NCBI GenBank assembly: GCA_965207075.1
Contig: CBDBLO010000002.1
Location: forward strand, 1,824,001-1,888,000
From: Nitrosopumilus sp.
GTDB lineage: Archaea; Thermoproteota; Nitrososphaeria; Nitrososphaerales; Nitrosopumilaceae
Direction of reading: 5' to 3'
DNA: 64,000 nucleotides
Below the pieces are notes generated by a model. That model saw only the letters and a list, made by a program, of their open reading frames with translations, did not search any database and was not told the DNA's origin. Numbering within the stretch: position 1 is the stretch's first letter; each line of letters opens with the position of its first letter. The translations under genes and the position numbers were made by a program. Shown piece by piece: positions 58,755-64,000 of the stretch.

Positions 58755-59156
58755 CTACCAGTCCAACCACCTAGCCAACTGGTACATGCCTACGCTACCC
58801 CACAACATCACCCACCACAGCCCCAAGAACCCGACGGTGGCCCATCCCGGCAGGGTTATCCTACGATCAGTCCTTGATGGCTCGCCAAACGCCTTGCCGC
58901 GCCAGATGGTGATACCCATGACCACCGGCGGCGGAATCATCATTATCAGGTGTATGACGGCAAGCCGGGTATCGTGAAACTGGCCCATCTTCACCGCGTC
59001 CATTATCCAGTCATCAGGGATGAAGAAAGGCATCTGGGCCAGCCAAGATGATCCACCAATCACAGCTACGATGACCAGTCCGGCGTGCACCCAACCCAAG
59101 GAATGCCCTTCCATCCAAAACCATATATCTGCTGTCGCGTAGGAATGCTGCTGCAT
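58755..59156 (-). CDS. Hypothetical Trp-rich membrane protein (about 3 TMs)
   Basis: Three hydrophobic segments. Confidence 0.55.
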   Translation of the reverse strand: MQQHSYATADIWFWMEGHSLGWVHAGLVIVAVIGGSSWLAQMPFFIPDDWIMDAVKMGQFHDTRLAVIHLIMMIPPPVVMGITIWRGKAFGEPSRTDRRITLPGWATVGFLGLWWVMLWGSVGMYQLARWLDW

Positions 59157-59240
59157 TGACGTGTGATGACGCCCAGTGTTGCATGCATGTGTTGCAAATT
59201 GACCACAATACAGCCCGCCTGACGCGGCAGAGTATGAGCG

Positions 59241-59906
59241 TCAGCAGTATTCTTCGTAGCACGCGTCAAGCAGAAGGTTCTGTGCGGACACGGACTTTGA
59301 CGCAGTGTCCTCCAGCACGGATGCCTGCTCGCCGTCCGGATTCGCCGCCGCGTCGGAGTTCTCGATGATTTGCCTCCAGAGCGCGGCGTGCCTGACGTCC
59401 GCCTCGGTGTGCAGCTCAAAGTATCTGGTGGCGCGCTCGCCGTCCATCCCGTAAAACGATGCCAGGCCGTCAAGCTTGGTCTGGCTTACCAGCGGAATCT
59501 CCTTTTCAAACGCGTACATCGCAGATGCCCCCGCGTCAAAGCCGGCTGCCCCCATCAGGTATCCCATATCATGCACGGCCTGACGCGTCTTTGGCAGCCC
59601 CGCATACCCAGCCAGTTCGGACTCGGACACGCCCAGCTCGCCGGCAAACTCGATCCACGGGCCGATGTGATCGGCCTCCTCCCGGCGGTTCTCGGCCAGT
59701 TCGGAGTTGACGGATTCAGAGTCGGGGGCGGCCTCCATTATGGTGTCCATGAACAAGGGCACCGCCTTTACAAGCTGAAAGTACTCCTTTGAGTAGCCGG
59801 CAAGTGACTCTGCTGAGAGCTCGCCGGCAGACCACATCTCATAGAACGGGTGCTTGAGCAGGCTGCGCTCGGCAATTATCTCGTCTATACGCCTCAAAAG
59901 GCTCAT
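59241..59906 (-). CDS. CADD/PqqC-like heme-oxygenase-fold dimetal oxidase
   Basis: 'LKHPFYEMWSAGEL', 'ENRREE..H', 'YAFE..IP', 'YFELHTEADVRH'. Confidence 0.85.
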   Translation of the reverse strand: MSLLRRIDEIIAERSLLKHPFYEMWSAGELSAESLAGYSKEYFQLVKAVPLFMDTIMEAAPDSESVNSELAENRREEADHIGPWIEFAGELGVSESELAGYAGLPKTRQAVHDMGYLMGAAGFDAGASAMYAFEKEIPLVSQTKLDGLASFYGMDGERATRYFELHTEADVRHAALWRQIIENSDAAANPDGEQASVLEDTASKSVSAQNLLLDACYEEYC

Positions 59907-60226
59907 GTCTCGGCTCCATAAAACCACTAAAAAAATCTTTGTCGGCCGGATCGCAGTGAGGGCGGCTGTCCGGATGCTGCAGGGCGGCAACGCCACAGGC
60001 AGCAAGGCGCCAGTGCGCCCGACGGACTCCAAGGACGGCTACAGTGCGTATGGACCCGGCCCCTTCTTAACGTCGTAGAGCCAGGCAGGGCCGTCTTCTG
60101 CCCCGGCAAGCCAGTCGTGCGTGATGTCAGGCGGCTGCCCCTGGCCTCCGCGCTCCTCCCCTCCCGCCGGAGTGTCCAGAGTTCATCCATGCATACGGCC
60201 GCAGCAGCGATATTCCGTTATACGGG

Positions 60227-60817
60227 ATGCGTCTTCAGACGGGCATGGGCAAGGTGTGGATAATGGTCTTGGCACTGTCACTGACAGTCCTCGTCACTTC
60301 CTTGCAGGTCCAAAACTCCTTTGCCTGCTCCTGCTCATCGAACCCGGATTTTTTGATGGCGTGGACAGAATCCGAAGGGGCGTTCCAAGCAACGGTGAAA
60401 GATGTCATTGCAGGCGATGGCCCGCGAAAAATTATTTTTGACATTCACCAGGTACAGAAAGGGACTTACCCGTATGGGGAGTACGTCTTTGATGATTCAA
60501 GCATAGTTTATTACGGAAATGACACGATACTGGCGAGTAGCTGCAAGGTCGACTACAAGATAGTGGAGACATACCAAGTCTTCATATACGCCGGAAGTCA
60601 GGCCACGGGCGCAACCAACATGTGCACAACAAAACAGATCTCAGGCTTCTATGAAAGTTCGCACGAAGACGAGTATGGGCAGGTACAGCACTACAGGCAG
60701 GACTACAGCTTTTTTGGCCAATACAGCATGCTCTTGCTATCCGCGCTCATAACCATTCTGGCGATAACAATTACAGGAGTCGCCGTGTGGAGAAAAAGAA
60801 AAAAGCGCAATCGGTAA
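60227..60817 (+). CDS. Secreted, C-terminally anchored TIMP/NTR-like protein
   Basis: Signal peptide followed by CSC, two later Cys, C-terminal TM and basic tail. Confidence 0.7.
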   Translation: MRLQTGMGKVWIMVLALSLTVLVTSLQVQNSFACSCSSNPDFLMAWTESEGAFQATVKDVIAGDGPRKIIFDIHQVQKGTYPYGEYVFDDSSIVYYGNDTILASSCKVDYKIVETYQVFIYAGSQATGATNMCTTKQISGFYESSHEDEYGQVQHYRQDYSFFGQYSMLLLSALITILAITITGVAVWRKRKKRNR

Positions 60818-61056
60818 TAACGCCGGATGCCCATCCGGTCCAAAAAATTGTTCGCCCCTGCCCATGCGGTGTTTGCAGTGAAGGCCTGCGGCATACAGAT
60901 TCAGGATAAACCAAAGGCCCGGATCATACAATTCACGAATCTTTACGAGTGAATCAGGGGCGCCCCTTGCGCGGGAGGGGCCGGGACGGCCGCGGCGATC
61001 AAGGATCGCGAGGAAAGTTCGGTGGAAGGCCCGACTCACGCCGGACCCGCAAAGAA

Positions 61057-61064
61057 TTTTATTC
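61057..61064 (+). promoter_or_regulatory. TATA box of tRNA-Glu
   Basis: Purine-rich BRE-like caaaga then TTTTATTC, about 25 nt upstream of the tRNA start. Confidence 0.6.
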
Positions 61065-61087
61065 CCAACCCTGGAAATGCGCGCGTT

Positions 61088-61181
61088 GTTCCAGTGGTGT
61101 AGACCGGTCAAGCATACTGCCCTTTCAAGGCAGTGATCCCGGGTTCAAAATCATCAGATGAAAGTCCCGGCTGGAGCACCA
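61088..61181 (+). tRNA. tRNA-Glu(TTC) with 15-nt non-canonical intron (61150-61164) at position 59/60
   Basis: GTTCCAG/CTGGAGC-ACCA acceptor stem; CTGCC-CTTTCAA-GGCAG anticodon arm; T-loop interrupted by a bulge-helix-bulge. Confidence 0.92.
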
Positions 61182-61225
61182 AGATTTAATTAGTGACGTG
61201 GCCGCCTTGACGCAGGCCGGCCTCA

Positions 61226-62077
61226 ATGGAAAGAGAGAACGCAGAGATCAACCCGCTCGCGGAGTCGTACGGCCGCTACATAGAGAGGATAGACAGGGCG
61301 CTCAACGACGAGCTTGCCCTGTATACGGAGTCGGAGTTCATAGGGCCGCTCAAGTACTCGCTTGAGGGCGGCAAGAGGATCAGGCCAGTCATACTGGTGC
61401 TCGCGGCCGAGTGCGTGGGGGGCGTGGATGAGAACACGCTCGCGGCCTCGTGCGCGGTCGAGTTCCTGCACATGGAGTCGATAATACACGACGACATAAT
61501 AGACAACGAGACCGTGAGGAGGCAGAAGGACCCGTTCCACATAAAATACGGGTACAACACGAGCATACTGACGGGCGACTTTGTGCTCGGGCTCATACTT
61601 GCCATATGCTCAAGGCTGGACAACTCCCGCGTGACAAAGGACCTGGCCACCACCGCGATGAGGATGAGCGAGGGCGAGATGATAGAGGGGATGCTCGAGG
61701 CAAGCGAGGACGTCACGTTTGACGACTATCTCAAGGTAATCGAGTACAAGACCGCTACCGCGTTCGAGGTGGCGGCCAGGACGGGCGCCATAATCGGAGG
61801 GGGCTCCGAGGAGCAGATAGAGGCCCTGACGGAGTACGGGCTGAACATCGGCATAGCGTACCAGATAAGGGACGACCTGCTCGACTGGAAGAACGAGGAC
61901 AAGCTGTTCAACCTGCTGATAAAGCGCAGCTCGGATCCCAGGCACGCGTTCGACCACATGGAGGAGCTGCTAAAAGAGTACTCGCAAAAGGCGGAGGCGG
62001 GGCTCAGGAGGATCCCGGACCACCCGGCAAAGGACGGCCTGGAGAACCTCATCAGGCTGACGTCGTTTAAGATGTGA
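61226..62077 (+). CDS. Second polyprenyl diphosphate synthase (probably longer chain)
   Basis: 'GGKRIRP', 'HMESIIHDDIID', 'AYQIRDDLLD'. Confidence 0.9.
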   Translation: MERENAEINPLAESYGRYIERIDRALNDELALYTESEFIGPLKYSLEGGKRIRPVILVLAAECVGGVDENTLAASCAVEFLHMESIIHDDIIDNETVRRQKDPFHIKYGYNTSILTGDFVLGLILAICSRLDNSRVTKDLATTAMRMSEGEMIEGMLEASEDVTFDDYLKVIEYKTATAFEVAARTGAIIGGGSEEQIEALTEYGLNIGIAYQIRDDLLDWKNEDKLFNLLIKRSSDPRHAFDHMEELLKEYSQKAEAGLRRIPDHPAKDGLENLIRLTSFKM

Positions 62078-62100
62078 CCGTATAGGGAGCGCCGGCTGGC

Positions 62101-62147
62101 GCTACTGCTATTGCTGCTATTGTTACTATTACTGCTACTGCTATTAC
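62101..62147. repeat. Degenerate triplet microsatellite between convergent genes
   Basis: gctactgctattgctgctattgttactattactgctactgctattac. Confidence 0.75.
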
Positions 62148-63640
62148 TGGCCCGGCCAGTCAATCACCGGCGTGGCAAACTCGATGAACTGCAGCAGGGG
62201 CTCCGGATACACGCCGAAGCCCACCAAAAATAGTATGGAGAATATCATTACCGCTACCACTGGCTTTGGCTCCGACACGCGGCGCTTGGTCTCGCCCTCA
62301 AAGTACATCTTGCGCGTTATCCAGCCGTAGTACGCAAGGGAGAGCGCGCTGTTGAGCACGCCGGCTATGGCAAGCCACGGGGCCCACCACAGGGCCGAGG
62401 ACGCGTCTAGCGCGCCGCCAAACAGCATGAGCTTGCTCCAGAACCCGGACAACGGGGGGACGCCAGCTAAGGCGAACAGCGATATCACGAGCCCGAGCGA
62501 CGTTATCGGCATGCGGCGCCCGAGCCCCGCAAGCTTGTCTATGTGCGTGACCGCAAGCGCCACCACGATTCCGGCCACGGCGATGAACGCGGCGCCCTTC
62601 ATCACGGCGTGGTTGAATATCTGGTACATCGATCCCTGCAGCCCCAGCGAGCTGTGCGGCGCCACCGCGAGCCCGATCAGTATGTACCCGGCGTGCGCGA
62701 TACTCGAGTAGGCGAGCATCCTTGAGAGGTTCCTCTGCATGATGGCGGCCACGTTGCCGACTGTCATGGTCATCACCGCGATGACGCCGAGGGCCAGCGT
62801 CCAGTCGGTGTTCAGGGCGACGGCGCCCATTATCACGATACGCAAAGCGGCTGCAAACCCGGCCTTCTTGGTGGCGGCCGCAAGCAGCGTGGTTACGGGC
62901 GCGGGCGCCCCCTCGTACGTGTCGGGGAGCCACTGGTGGAACGGCACGAGCCCCATCTTGAAGCCGAACCCGGCAATCAGCATGCCGACTGAGAGCAGTG
63001 CAAGCGGCATCAGTGAGGCGTCGAGTGACGCGTACCCCTCTATCACGTCGCCAATGTTCGTCGAGCCGGTAAGCCCGTACGACAAGGATATTCCGTATAT
63101 GATTATCGCCGACGAGAGGGCCCCGAACAGAAAGTACTTTATGGCGGCCTCGTTTGAGGCGGGGTTCCTCTTCATGAACCCGACCAGGATGTACGTGGGT
63201 ATGCTCATCAGCTCCCAGGCCACGAACAGCATCACCAGGTCGGTGGAGTACGCGACAAGCACCATTCCTATGGTCGCAAGCAGGATGAGCGAGTAGTACA
63301 CGGCAGGCGACGCGTTCTCGTGCTTGCGCATGTACGTAAACGATCCCACCACGGTGAAGATGGCCACTATGAGCATCGCGACTGCGAAGAAGCCGCCGAA
63401 CGCGTCGTCTGAGAGCACCTCCTCGGAGAAGATCGCCGAGGCGGGCATATCCCCGTACAGGAACTCGTACCCCACGTAGGCCATGGACGCGGCAAGGGCG
63501 CCCAGCGCGATTGCGGCGTACAGCGTGTTTGACGAGCTGCCGCCGACTTCGCGGCGGGCGATGCTTATCAGCGGGAGTATAACGCCGACCGTGCCGAGTA
63601 TCGCGACAAGTATCATCGGGGTGGAGTCGAGCGGGATCAT
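62144..63640 (-). CDS. nuoN: NADH-quinone oxidoreductase subunit N
   Basis: 'WELMS', 'EAAIKYF', 'FKMGLVPFHQWLPDTYEGAP', 'RMLAYSSIAHAGY'. Confidence 0.95.
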   Translation of the reverse strand: MIPLDSTPMILVAILGTVGVILPLISIARREVGGSSSNTLYAAIALGALAASMAYVGYEFLYGDMPASAIFSEEVLSDDAFGGFFAVAMLIVAIFTVVGSFTYMRKHENASPAVYYSLILLATIGMVLVAYSTDLVMLFVAWELMSIPTYILVGFMKRNPASNEAAIKYFLFGALSSAIIIYGISLSYGLTGSTNIGDVIEGYASLDASLMPLALLSVGMLIAGFGFKMGLVPFHQWLPDTYEGAPAPVTTLLAAATKKAGFAAALRIVIMGAVALNTDWTLALGVIAVMTMTVGNVAAIMQRNLSRMLAYSSIAHAGYILIGLAVAPHSSLGLQGSMYQIFNHAVMKGAAFIAVAGIVVALAVTHIDKLAGLGRRMPITSLGLVISLFALAGVPPLSGFWSKLMLFGGALDASSALWWAPWLAIAGVLNSALSLAYYGWITRKMYFEGETKRRVSEPKPVVAVMIFSILFLVGFGVYPEPLLQFIEFATPVIDWPGQ

Positions 63641-63776
63641 CTCTGGCAGGCCACCTCCCGTGCTGTGTACGGCGTCCCGGGTGACGCGACCGGCGTCATA
63701 TTTGCCGCCGTCGTTGCCGTCGCCGCTGTCGTCTCCGCTGCCATCATCATCATCATCATAATCATCACCATTTCCA

Positions 63777-64000
63777 TCACATCATCAGCATCAGTATCAC
63801 AAACAGCAGTCCCGCCCCGAACACGAACAGATACGACTGCGAGACGCCGGTCTGCGTGCCCTGCACCACCCTGGCGCTCCAGCCGGCGGCCTTTTGCAGC
63901 CCGTCGTTCATGCCGTAGTCTATTGCGGTCTTCTCAAAGTATCGGGACACGCCGCGCGCAAGCCAGAGCGGGGCCACCACAAAGCACCAGTATATGATGG
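63777..64000 (-). CDS. nuoL: NADH-quinone oxidoreductase subunit L, C-terminal fragment
   Basis: 'ID...N', 'QTG..QSY' amphipathic helix end plus final TM; upstream of nuoN; truncated by the window. Confidence 0.8.
   Translation of the reverse strand, partial: IIYWCFVVAPLWLARGVSRYFEKTAIDYGMNDGLQKAAGWSARVVQGTQTGVSQSYLFVFGAGLLFVILMLMM

Noticed and set aside
59975-60005. GNRA hairpin resembling SRP RNA helix 8
   Set aside because: Has CAGG but lacks the AGCA strand of the symmetric loop; no other SRP features
61010-61020. GAGGAAAGTTC resembling the RNase P RNA P4 5' strand
   Set aside because: No matching 3' P4 strand, and the tRNA-Glu promoter follows within 50 bp
60949-61161. 70-aa ORF with a CxxC-like motif
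   Set aside because: Runs through the tRNA-Glu promoter and gene
55997-61181. tRNA-integrated mobile element
   Set aside because: The region lies on the 5' side of both tRNAs; no att duplication or integrase seen
63641-63778. Acidic N-terminal extension of NuoN (DGNGDDYDDD...)
   Set aside because: In frame, but there is no start codon between the upstream in-frame stop and ATG 63640

Overview
GC-rich archaeal DNA from an ammonia-oxidising-archaeon-type genome (Nitrosopumilaceae / Cenarchaeum-like Thaumarchaeota, possibly a host-associated lineage; this is inferred from gene content and protein modules). From left to right: a partial giant repetitive surface protein that the ORF track missed (DUF285 repeats plus 918-bp Ig/P-domain modules); a secreted beta-propeller protein; an ABC-2 exporter; an NHL-HYR-RTX secreted protein; a phosphate/arsenic cluster (pstSCAB, phoU, beta-CASP RNase, arsR, arsC, aquaporin); hemL-hemC-cobA-hemD; the archaeal tRNA-Leu-rpoN-eno-rps2-mvk-ipk-idi-GGPPS-gltX superoperon; corA; non-oxidative pentose phosphate genes with a transketolase-Rpe fusion; Rli1; a stand-alone 5S rRNA; pepA; an accessory block between tRNA-Ile2 and tRNA-Glu (VWA, CADD-like, TIMP-like); and the end of the nuo operon. 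No CRISPR array, transposase, integrase or reverse transcriptase is visible. The best leads are a 15-nt BHB intron in the T-loop of tRNA-Glu, a candidate archaeal 'Pho box' repeated upstream of pstS and pstC within a P/As cluster, pervasive triplet-repeat expansions inside housekeeping proteins, and several unannotated micro-ORFs. All family calls come from motif recognition by eye, not database searches.
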